From: Prorocentrum cordatum
Taxonomy: Eukaryota
DNA: 64,000 nucleotides
Assembly: GCA_963575745.1 (NCBI GenBank)
Contig: CAUYUJ010000061.1
Coordinates: 1-64,000 of the forward strand
Direction of reading: 5' to 3'
The translations under genes and the position numbers were made by a program. The number at the start of each line of letters is the position of its first letter. Within the stretch, counting starts at the first letter, position 1. Shown piece after piece: positions 22,845 to 33,180 of this stretch. Below the pieces are notes generated by a model. It did no database searches. It saw only the letters and a list, made by a program, of their open reading frames with translations, and was not told the origin of the DNA.

Positions 22845-25800
22845 ATGGCTCTCGCTACTCTCGCGGCAGGCACACTCAATGTTGCGAGAGCTGGGCGGCT
22901 CGAGTCTCGGGCGTACGCTATTCTACGAGCACTACATGGGGTAGGCTTAAATGTTGTGGCTTTGCAAGAATGTCAAAACGTGGACTTCAATGACACCTTA
23001 ATTCAGCGTCTGGGGTGGGATGCTGCTTCAAAAAGTACTTGCATGCGGGCAGCGGTGCTTCTCAAACGTCGCCACCTGCCCCACATGATAGCCTCTTATC
23101 AAGCAGATCGGGTTGCGATGATTGTTCATCGATCGGGAGTTTGTTTCACTAGTGCTTACTTTGCTGATGCGTCTCATCCAGATGCTCCAGAGATATGCAG
23201 ACGGATACTGCATGATGTACGCCGCCTGCACCGACAGGCTCAGGCCAACCATGGCCATCACTTTCGCCTGTTGCTTGCCTGTGATGCCAATGTGGAGCTC
23301 ACGCCAGAGTTGGAGGTGGATGGGAGGAGGGTGACGGGACCAGGACTCAGAAGATCGAGGGAGAGGGGACTTGGTCGGAACGGTGCCATCGATTTGGAGG
23401 ACAGGAGGGCCAAGGAGGTGTGCATGAGGGACCAGATTGAGGAGTTCTTGGAGGAGGAGGAGCTGGCTGCGATCAACACTTTTGAAGCACGGGTGCCGAC
23501 CTACTGGCACTTCGGTGAGAGTGAGCCCACAAAGGTTTTAGATTACATCTTGGCGCCCAGGCAGTGGACAGTAGAAGATATCTCGTACAGTTGGTTGCAG
23601 GACGGGCGTGTGGCACGTTTGAGCGATCATGCAGTAATCAAAACCCTGTTGGCCCCAAGGGAACCCCAGCAGATGTACCGACACAAGGTTGTTCGGCCAC
23701 ACGTCACGGCACGCCGGGCATTCGAGTCCCACAGAGAGGAGTTCTGTTTCAGAGCGTTGGTGGACATTGGTATTGAGGCCACACGCCCTGACGAGATCGC
23801 GAAGTCGTTGCATCAGCATGCGTTGCCTCTGCTTAACCCGCCTTCCTCTGCGCATCGTGCACATGCTAAGTCTAAAGAGCTAGCAGATCTTCAGCATCAG
23901 TATCGTGGAGCCCGTGGGAATCCTGATGAGAGAAAGCGCCTGAGGGAACTTATGAGGCCCCTGGTCAAGGCAGATAGGCGTAGTGAGATCGAGTATACCT
24001 TCGCGAACTCCCGCAAAAGCAAGAAAGTGAATGTCAAGTCTCTGAAGATCGACGGGGAGATGACGGAGGATCGTAAGAGGTGGGTGGAGGAGGGGATGAA
24101 GCAGCACAGCTTGAACACGATGACGAGCGAGGAGGAGAGGATGAGGAACAGCGAGCTGGTATCTGACTTACGGCGACGTGCACGAGCAGCTAGGGCACAC
24201 AGCAGCAGCAGTACGATGCACGACATGCGCATGCAGCTCACGATGGGGGTGGTGAACGAAGCACGTGCACGATTGCGATCTGGCAAGAGCTGCGGCCCAG
24301 ATGGGGTCAGCGTGGAGCTCTTGAAGGCTTTGGCGTGGCGAGCTGTTCGCCAGATTTTCCATGTGTTTCGAGATATCTTTCAAGGTGATCGTCGGTCACC
24401 TGACTGCTGGAGAGAGGTACTCATCACGCTGATGCCCAAGCTGATGAATCTTGATTCGCTCACACAAACACGCAATCTAGTTGTACAGAACACGTTAGGA
24501 AAATGGTACCTCACCTGTGTTACTATCCTTATCGAGAGGCATGCTGAACAGTACATGGGGCGATTGGGCTTGTATGGTTTCGCACAGGATCGGAGGACGT
24601 GGGAAGTAGCGGGACCCCTTAAGGCCATCTCACAGCATGCGAGTGTTTGGGGGAAAGATAGAAAAGCGTTCTTCTGTTCATGTGATATAGCACGAGCCTT
24701 CGACCATGTTAAGCTCACTACTTTGGCACGCGCGATGCACATGCTTAACATACCTGTACAGCTACAATATGCTCTGATCGAGCCCTTAACTGACACGACG
24801 GGCACGCTCACGTTCGAGGGCCTGGAGTTAGGTGGGGTACGATGGGATCGATCTCTCAGAACGGGGGGTACCGAGTCTCCCCTGTGCTTTAATTTGGTTG
24901 TGTTGGCCATGTGGGCGGAGGTCATACAGAGGTGGGATAATGAACGTATAGGTGTGGAGATCCCGTACAGCAACATGCACGACATGACGCGCGCACATGT
25001 TTACAATCATGCGATTTGGGCAGATAATATATATCTCGTGGCCAGTACATCGGCTCAGATGCAGCTGATGATCAACACACTCACTCACGCTTTACGTACA
25101 TGGGGACTAGAGTGGAAGTCAGATTCACTTGAATCGATGGTGGTGGGCGACCGCGATACCACTACTTTCTTCGCTGATATCCAGGGGGTGCAGGTCCCGT
25201 TCAAGTCAGTCTCTCAGCTGAATGTGTTGGGAACGATCGTCTCGCAGCAGTATGGGGGCACGCACGAGGACATACAATTTCGGGTTGAGTGTGCACGGCG
25301 CGCGTTTTATGGGCAAGCTAAGTATTATCGTTGTCGTGCTCTCCCTCTTCGTAAGCGGTATCGTCGGTATCAGAGCCTGGTACAGAGTGTATTAGCATAC
25401 GGATTGGATACATGTACGCTGGACCCTGAAGGTGTTCGATTGCTGCATACCTTTGAGGGCAGATGCCTGCTGGCCATGCATTGTCGAAGGAAGCCTGCGG
25501 GACAGAGATGGGAGGTCTGGAAGCCACATATGCTTGACACAGCGAGGGCTTCTTTCTGCTCGCTGGGATTTCCTAGCATCGTCCAGATCGTGGCGTGGAA
25601 GAGTTGGAGCGTCGCGCATTCGGTAAGCACGGCCTACGGCAATTTTGACTTCACAAATCCTGGGCCTCCCCGGTGGACAGGCCCAGGTTCAGGAGTAAGT
25701 TGTGAGGATGGGGTCTCGAGCGGCTCTCAGCAAAATGATGGCGCTGACGGCCGACGTGTTGTACGCAAGATTGAGCCACATCCTGATACCACGAGACGTG

Positions 25801-26867
25801 CATTTGTTGATTCTCGCACGGCATTGCTTTGTACACACAAGACTTGGGAAGCGCACCGCATGGCTCTCACTGAATGTCTCCGCTGTCATGGAGATCGTAG
25901 GCGTGCCTCTGAAGGCAAACGGCTGCGCGCGGGAGGAGATAGTGTTGGGCAGCGGTCTTGGCAGTACCCGTACATACAGACTCATGGGGATGAGTGGTGG
26001 GAGACCTTCCGACCAGGATATGCCACATTTCTGCAGACATGGGAAGCACTTTTACGCACGTATGGTAGGCCTAAGATATTCGAGTACTTCTGCACGAATT
26101 GGAAACAGGTACCAGGAGGAGATGTTGGGAGAGAGTGTAAGGAGGGAACTGGAAGGAACGAGGAGGCGACGGAGGAGGAGAACATGAAACAAGCAAGACG
26201 GTTGGCGATTATTAATGAACGGGAAGCTGTATTTGATATCATGTCGAACGGAGTTGGAATTGAGATCAAGGGAGACTCTTTGTTGGTCCAGAGCTGGCTT
26301 ACGGGACGTTGGCGTTGTCATAATCGTGCATATCGTGAGCGTGTACACAGGTGTGTCAATGACATGTACGCGCTTAGCCTTTCACACCGAGCACGGGCAT
26401 CGAACGTTGGGAGAGACATATTTGTACATGAATTTCGTGAAGCAAACACCCGAGCAGACGAACTTACTCATTTGGCCAGGGATGGCCACACATTTCATCA
26501 TAACTATTGCCATCGATATCCTTTCGAACGAGATTCTTTGAAGGTAGTCGCCTGTCGTGGAGGGTACGACGGGGGAGTGTGCAGCAAGGGCAGTGCATGC
26601 GGTTACTGGATGCAGGTTGGCTATCTCAACATGTCCTCACGGGCGTCTCGGCATGGAGTGTGTTCTACACGATACTCCCCCTACCCGACCTCTTCCTCTC
26701 TACATTATCATGCTGACACACCGTTGATTTGGAGAGACGCTGCTGCTGCGGCCTGGCTGGAGCCAGGCGCCACGATCACCGAATGTGAGTTGTCCGCTGC
26801 CGAAGCATTGACACGTGCCATACGCATACAGCTACAGCAATTTGATGACAGTGATTTTGCTTCTTGA
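22845..26867 (+). CDS. LINE ORF2: AP endonuclease, reverse transcriptase (WADN), permuted RNase H
   Basis: GTLNV, LQE, DAN, LDY, SDH (APE); GPDG, DIARAFD, RTGGTESP, WADN (25017-25028), LG (RT); GDS...NTRAD...YDGG...ECEL (RNase H). Confidence 0.93.
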   Translation: MALATLAAGTLNVARAGRLESRAYAILRALHGVGLNVVALQECQNVDFNDTLIQRLGWDAASKSTCMRAAVLLKRRHLPHMIASYQADRVAMIVHRSGVCFTSAYFADASHPDAPEICRRILHDVRRLHRQAQANHGHHFRLLLACDANVELTPELEVDGRRVTGPGLRRSRERGLGRNGAIDLEDRRAKEVCMRDQIEEFLEEEELAAINTFEARVPTYWHFGESEPTKVLDYILAPRQWTVEDISYSWLQDGRVARLSDHAVIKTLLAPREPQQMYRHKVVRPHVTARRAFESHREEFCFRALVDIGIEATRPDEIAKSLHQHALPLLNPPSSAHRAHAKSKELADLQHQYRGARGNPDERKRLRELMRPLVKADRRSEIEYTFANSRKSKKVNVKSLKIDGEMTEDRKRWVEEGMKQHSLNTMTSEEERMRNSELVSDLRRRARAARAHSSSSTMHDMRMQLTMGVVNEARARLRSGKSCGPDGVSVELLKALAWRAVRQIFHVFRDIFQGDRRSPDCWREVLITLMPKLMNLDSLTQTRNLVVQNTLGKWYLTCVTILIERHAEQYMGRLGLYGFAQDRRTWEVAGPLKAISQHASVWGKDRKAFFCSCDIARAFDHVKLTTLARAMHMLNIPVQLQYALIEPLTDTTGTLTFEGLELGGVRWDRSLRTGGTESPLCFNLVVLAMWAEVIQRWDNERIGVEIPYSNMHDMTRAHVYNHAIWADNIYLVASTSAQMQLMINTLTHALRTWGLEWKSDSLESMVVGDRDTTTFFADIQGVQVPFKSVSQLNVLGTIVSQQYGGTHEDIQFRVECARRAFYGQAKYYRCRALPLRKRYRRYQSLVQSVLAYGLDTCTLDPEGVRLLHTFEGRCLLAMHCRRKPAGQRWEVWKPHMLDTARASFCSLGFPSIVQIVAWKSWSVAHSVSTAYGNFDFTNPGPPRWTGPGSGVSCEDGVSSGSQQNDGADGRRVVRKIEPHPDTTRRAFVDSRTALLCTHKTWEAHRMALTECLRCHGDRRRASEGKRLRAGGDSVGQRSWQYPYIQTHGDEWWETFRPGYATFLQTWEALLRTYGRPKIFEYFCTNWKQVPGGDVGRECKEGTGRNEEATEEENMKQARRLAIINEREAVFDIMSNGVGIEIKGDSLLVQSWLTGRWRCHNRAYRERVHRCVNDMYALSLSHRARASNVGRDIFVHEFREANTRADELTHLARDGHTFHHNYCHRYPFERDSLKVVACRGGYDGGVCSKGSACGYWMQVGYLNMSSRASRHGVCSTRYSPYPTSSSLHYHADTPLIWRDAAAAAWLEPGATITECELSAAEALTRAIRIQLQQFDDSDFAS

Positions 26868-27300
26868 TGATGTGTTATCCCTACGCCCTCCTGGGCTCGG
26901 GAATCGTCTTCAAGTTTAGCAATGTTATATGACACCTCAGCCCGCCTCCGTGGGTAGGTGCTCGTTTCACTGCTGCTCAGTTGCCAGGCTGCGTAGCTGA
27001 CACGGGCTGCGCTGAAGACCAGCGCCTCGCCAGCCCGCGTAAACACAAAAAACCAGGTTGACGGTTTACCGCCGGCGCCCAGTAATTCCGGGGAGCTGGA
27101 GAGCTAGTTGGCAACGAAAATCTCGACGGACCTTTTGCTGACTTTTGGTCGGTTGAAAATTTTGTTCGCGAAATTTGACCATTCGTTAGAGCTCTAGTAT
27201 TTTTCCCATGATATTCGATCTTATTCCCGCTCGCCATCTTGATCTCAGCTCGATCGGGTAACTTTGAAGGCCAAAAAGCAGGGGGGCGGGAACGGCCGTT

Positions 27301-28012
27301 TCGAGTCATCTTGATATGCGCTGACGGTTTTCTGAACATAACTCGAGCTCTAGGGCAGCTACAGAGCTGGTAAGCACAGCTAACTCATGCAGAATGATCA
27401 GGCGCGTTCGCCTGTTCAACCCAGAGGTCTGAACTCGGTCTGTCAGCTGAGCTAGGTTCGCAAACCTGTTTGTATTATTCGAGTCAACTTGACACGCGTT
27501 GTAGATATTTTCTACTTAACTCGAGCTATAGGGCAGCTACAGTGCCGGTGAGCACCCCTCTCGCTCTCAGAATGATCAGACGCGTTCGCCTGTTGAGTCC
27601 ATAGGTCTAAACTCGGTCTGCTAGCCGAGCTAGGTACGCAAACCTATTCGTATTATTCGAGTCAACTTGATACACGTTGTCGGTATTTTCCTCTTAACTC
27701 GAGCTGTAGGGCAGCTACCGCGCTGGTAAGCACCCCTATCGCACTCAGAATGATCAGACGCGTTCGCCTGTTGAATCCATAGGTCTAAACTTGGTCTGCT
27801 AGCCGAGCTAGGTGCGCAAACCTATTCGTATTATTCGAGTGAACTTGCTACGCGTTGTCGGTATTTTCCACTTAACTCGAGCTGTAGGGCAGCTACCGTG
27901 CTGGTAAGCACACCTACCGCACTCAGAATCATCAGGCGCGTTCGCCTGTTGAATCCAGAGGTCTGAACTCGGTCTGCTAGCCGATCGAGAATCACGAAAC
28001 TGTTCGTATTCT
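27301..28012 (+). repeat. 178-bp tandem repeat inside a type-A non-autonomous element (example; recurs through 27-62 kb)
   Basis: TCGAGT(C/G)A(T/A)CTTG recurs at 27301, 27479, 27657 and 27835 (period 178). Confidence 0.9.
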
Positions 28013-31000
28013 TCCAGTTAGCTTGAGAGCTACTGTCGGCGTTCTGCATTCAATTCGGGCTGTAGGGAGGCTGCAGGGCGGGTAATCACAGGAATCGATT
28101 CGGAGACATCAGACGCGTCCGTCTGTCGCATTCAGAGGTCTGGACTCGGTCTGATACTCGAGTTGGGCTCAAAAACTATTCGTTCTCTGCAATTTTTTCC
28201 GACAGTATATGTTGTCAGGAAGCTCTACGAGTCCCCCGGCGGTAACAAAGGTTGACGGTTTACCGCCGGCGCCCAGTAATTCCGGCGCGCTGGAGAGCTA
28301 GTTGGCAAGAAAAATCTCGACGGACCTTTTGCTGACTTTTGGTCGGTTGAAAATTTTGTTCTCGAAATTTGACCATTCGTTAGAGCTCTAGTATTTTTTC
28401 CCATGATATTCGATCTTATTCCCGCTCGCCATCTTGATCTCAGCTCGATCGGGTAACTTTGAAGGCCAAAAAGCAGGGGGGGCGGGAACGGCCGTTTCGA
28501 GTCATCTTGATACGCGCTGTCGGTTTTCTGAACATAACTCGAGCTGTAGGGCAGCTACAGTGCTGGTAAGCACACGTATCGCTCTCAGAATGATCAGGCG
28601 CGTTCGCCTGTTGAATCCAGAGGTCTGAACTCGGTCTGCTAGCCGAGCTAGGTCCGCAAACCTATTCGTATTATTCGAGTCAACTTGAACGCGTTGTCGG
28701 TATTTTCAACTTAACTCGAGCTGTAGGGCAGCTACAGTGCTGGTGGGCACACCCATCGCATGCAGAATCATCTGGCGCGCTCGCCTGTTGAATCCATAGG
28801 TCTGAACTCGGTCTGCAAGCCGAGCTAGGTCCGCAAACCTATTCGTATTATTCGAGTCAACTTGATACGCGTTGTCGGTATTTTCTACTTAACTCGAGCT
28901 GCAGGCCAGCTACAGTGCTGGTGAGCACACCTATCACACTCAGAATAATCAGGCGCGTTCGCCTGTTGAATCCAGAGCTCTGAACTCGGTCTGCTGCGCG
29001 ATCCAGACTCACGAAACTGTTCGTATTCTTCCAGTCATCTTGACAGCTACTGTCGCCGTTCTGCACCTAACTCGGGCTGCAGGGGGGCTGCAGGGCGGTT
29101 AATCACATGAATCGATTCGGAGACATGAAACGCGTCTGTCTGTCGCATTCAGAGGTCCGAACTCGGTCTGATACTTGAGTTGGGCTGAAAAATTATTCGT
29201 TCTCTGCAATTTTTTTTGACATTATGTGTTGTCAGGAAGCTCTACGAGTCCCCCGGCGGTAACAAAGGTTGACGGTTTACCGCCGGCGCCCAGTTGGCCG
29301 ACCCGACCAAAAGAGACAATGTGGTAACCTGGGGTCGGTTTTTGGAACATTGTGCAAGATTTGACAATTCGTTTTCATAAGTTGGATTTTTCCTACCTAC
29401 AATAAGATATGGCGCATCTGCTGGTAAAATTTTCAGGGCTCTAGAAACAATATTACTATCAAAAGACTTGCGGGAACCGACTTTGCCCGCAGTACAGTTT
29501 GGCAGGTGACGGTGGTTGGCTTTACTTAACTCGAGCTGTCAGCAAGCTACAGAGCATCATCAACAGCACAACCATCCGATGCAGAAAATCTGACGCGTCA
29601 CACGGAAGCTCGAGAGTTCCTAGAATTGCTGATTCAGGAAGTTATGCTCGAAATACTGACTCTATGCATGCGTGTTGCGGACGGTGTTTCGATGATTACT
29701 CGAGCTGGCTACATGCTAGGCATGTCTGGTACATTCAAATCGAAGCAGCGGCATACGAGACATCGAGTGGGAGCCACGAGAGTGCCTAAATTGATTCGAA
29801 TTGTCAAAATTAGTGAAAAATATAGATTTCTATAATTTGAATTTTTCGTGTCGGGTGATTTTTCGAATTTATGTCGATCTATGGGTGACCTAGAGAGTTC
29901 TGGTGCAGGTGAGTCGATGCAGAATGATCTCGCGCATCTCACTGTGAGCGCAAGACTTCATATGGATGGCTTCGCTGGTAGAACTGAAAAACTGCGCCTG
30001 TATAGACATGTCGACGACACAAAAAAATGCGTTTTTTCTGAATCATCTTTTTAAGCTTTTCCAGTGCTCTCAGCTTTGAGTTCTAAGCATTTTAAAGTTG
30101 TTTCTGACTTCGTGGAGCTCTACGAGGTCTTCCGGCGGTAACCTGGTTGACGGTTTACCGCCGGCGCCCAGTTATAGCTGGAAGCTAAGAGTAATTCCGG
30201 CGCGCTGGAGAGCTAGTTGGCACGAAAAATCTCGAAGGAACTTTGCTGACTTTTGGTCGGTTGAAAATTTTGTTCTCGAAATTTGACCATTGGTTGGAGC
30301 TCTCTTTCCCATGATATTCGATCTTATTCCCGCTCGCCATCTTGATCTCAGTTCGATCGGATAACTTTAAAGGCCAAAAAGCAGGCAGGCGGGAACGGCC
30401 GTTTCGAGTCATTTTGATACGTGCTATTGGTATTTTGTACTTAAATCGAGCTTTAGGGCAGCTATAGAGCTGGTAAACACAGCTATCGCACTCGGAATTA
30501 TCACGCGCGTTCGCCTGTTGAATCCCGAGGTCTGAACTCGGTCTGTGAGCCGAGCTAGGTCCGCGAACCTATTCGAATTATTCGAGTCATCTTGATACGC
30601 GTTTTCGGTATTTTCTACTTAATTCGAGCTGTGGGGCAGCTATCGTGCTGGTAAGCACAGCTATCGCACGCAGAATCATTAGGCGCGTTCGGCTGTTCGA
30701 ACCAGAGGTCTGAACTCGGTCTGCTAGCCGAGCCAGGTCCGCACACCTATTCGTATTATTCGAATCATTTCGATAGGCGCGCTCGCTTCCCTGCATATAA
30801 CTCGAGCTGTAGGACAGCTACAGGGCTGATAGTTACAGAAATCGATTCAGAACCATCAGTTGCGTTTGTCTGTCGAATCGAGAGCTCTGAACTCGGTCTG
30901 CTGCGTATTCTTCCAGTCATCTTGAGAGCTACTGCCGGCATTCTGCACTTAACTCGGGCTGTAGGGAGACTACAGGGCAGGTAATCACATGAATCGATTC

Positions 31001-32780
31001 GGAAACATCAGACGCGCCCGTCTGTCGCATTCAGAGGTCTGAACTCGGTCTAAGACTCGAGTTAGACTGAAAACTATTCGTTCTCGGCATTTTTTTCGAC
31101 ATTATATGTTGTCAGGAAGCTCTACGAGTCTCCCGGCGGTAACAAAGGTTGACGGTTTACCGCCGGCGCCAGTTATAGCTGCTAAGAGTAATTCCGGCGC
31201 GCTGGAGAGCAAGTTGGCAAGAAAATCTCGACGGAACTTTTGCTGACTTTTGCTCGATTGAAAATTTTGTTCTCGAAATTTGACCATTCGTTAGAGCTCT
31301 AGTATTTTTTTCCGTGATATTCGATCTTATTCCAGCTCGCCATCTTAATCTCAGCTCGATCGGATAACTTTGAAGGCCAAAAAGCAGGCAGGCGGGAACG
31401 GCCGTTTCGAGTCATTTTGATATGCGCTGTCGGTATTTTGTACTTAACTCGAGCTGTAGGGCAGCTACAGAGCTTGTGAGCACAGCTAGCGCACTCAAGA
31501 TTAATTCAGGCGCAGTTCGCCTGTTGAATTCCGGGAGGTCTGAACTCGGTCTGCGAGCCGAAGCTAGGTCCGCAAACCTATTATTCCGTATTATTCGAGT
31601 CAACTTGATACACGTTGTCGGTATTTTCTACTTGACTCGAGCTGTAGGGCAGCTACAGTGCTCGTAAGCACGCCTATCGCACGAAGAATGATCAGGCGCG
31701 GTCGTCCGTTGAATTCATAGGTCTGAACTCGGTCTGCTAGCCGAGCTAGGTCCGCCCCCCCCAAAAAAAAAAATATGGTTATTATTTATTATTCGAGTCA
31801 ACTGATACGCTTTGTCGGTATCTTCTACTCTAAACTCGAGCTGTAGGGCAGCTACAGTGCTGGTGTGCACACCCATCGCATGCAGAATCATCTGGCGCGA
31901 TCGCCTGTTGAATCCATAGGTCTGAACTCGGTCTGCAAGCCGAGCTAGGTCCGCAAACCTATTCGTATTATTCGAGTCAACTTGATACGGGTTGTCGGTA
32001 TTTTCTACTCAAATCGAGCTGTAGGGCAGTTACAGTGCTGGTAAGCACACCTATCGCACTCAGAATAATCAGGCGCGTTTGCTGTTGAATCCAGAGCTCT
32101 GAACTCGGTCCGCTGCGCGATCTAGAATCACGAAACTGTTTGTATTCTCCCAGTCATCTTGAGAGCTACTGTTGGCGTTCTGCACTTAGCTCGGGCTGTA
32201 GGGGGCTGCAGGGCGGGTAATCAGAGGAATCGATTCGGAGACATCAGACGCCTCTGTCTGCTGCATTGAGAGGTTCGAACTCGGTCTGATACTCGAGTTG
32301 GGCTGAAAAACCATTCGTTCTCTGAAATTTTCTTCGACATTATATGTTGTCAGGAAGCTCTACGAGTCCCCCGGCGGTAACAAAGGTTGACGGTTTACCG
32401 CCGGCCCCCAGTTTTGGGTGGTTTTGCAATTTTTTGAAAGATATTTGACAATTCATTTTAAGAAAGCAGATTTTTCGCACCTGTAAACGATTATAAGGGC
32501 CTCTCTGTCTTAGTATGAGCTCTGTAGGCGCACTTTTACTATCAAAACACTTGGAGGAACCATCTTCATGTCGACACGAAAAAAAAAATCTTTCTTTTTT
32601 TCGAGAAATGCTTCCAGAAGCTCTCTCTTTCGACTCTGAGCACGCTTACGCGTGAAAGGAGCTCTACGAGGTTTCCGGCGGTGACCAGGTTGACGGTTCA
32701 CCGCCGGCGCCAGTTGGCAAGAAAAATCTCGACGGAACTTTTGGTGACTTTTGCTCGGTTGAAAATTTCGTTCTCGAAAT

Positions 32781-33180
32781 ACCTCGTAGAGCTCTTCGGC
32801 ATCGATGAGCTAGAGGAATTCCGGCGCGGGGTGGAGCTAGTTGGTCGACCCGACCAGAACGGACAATGTGACAACGTTTCGGTGGTTTTGCGAATTTTTG
32901 AAAGATATTTGACAATTCATTTTGAGAAAGCAGATTTTTCGCACCTGTAGTGGGTTATGACGCGTCCGCCAGTAAAATTTTCAGGTCCATAGATGTAGTA
33001 TTAATATCAAAACACTTGGCGGAACCGAGGTTGTATAAAAACAGAAAAACACGATTTTTCGATTTTTTCGTTTCTCGCCTCAGAAGCTTTCTCTATGTGT
33101 TCCGACAATCGCTGTGCAAGAAAAGAGCTCTACGAGGTTCCCGGCGGTGACCAGGTTGACGGTTTACCGCCGGTTCCAGT
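32781..33180 (+). mobile_element. Complete 400-bp type-B non-autonomous element inserted at T^T inside a type-A element
   Basis: 5' ACCTCGTAGAGCTCT / 3' AGAGCTCTACGAGGT + hairpin + CCAGT; the flanks rejoin as CTCGAAAT^TCAACAATTCG, seen intact at ~46478. Confidence 0.9.

Larger units (their letters stand above)
21308..27050 (+). mobile_element. Full-length site-specific APE-type non-LTR retrotransposon, family 1 copy A
   Basis: 5' leader, ORF1, ORF2 (EN-RT-RNase H) and A-rich tail AAACACAAAA; imperfect 10-bp TSD AACCTGGTTG (21297-21306) / AACCAGGTTG (27051-27060). Confidence 0.93.
1..27083 (+). mobile_element. Giant autonomous Helentron/Helitron2-like rolling-circle transposon; 5' end outside the window, 3' hairpin interrupted by a LINE at 21308-27050
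   Basis: Rep-PIF1-EN-protease polyprotein followed by a (TG)n region, then subTIR GGAAGCTCTACGAG (21271) + hairpin arm CCGGCGGTAA, resuming after the LINE as GGTTGACGGTTTACCGCCGGCGCCCAGT (ends 27083). Assigning this end to the big ORF is an inference from position. Confidence 0.8.
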
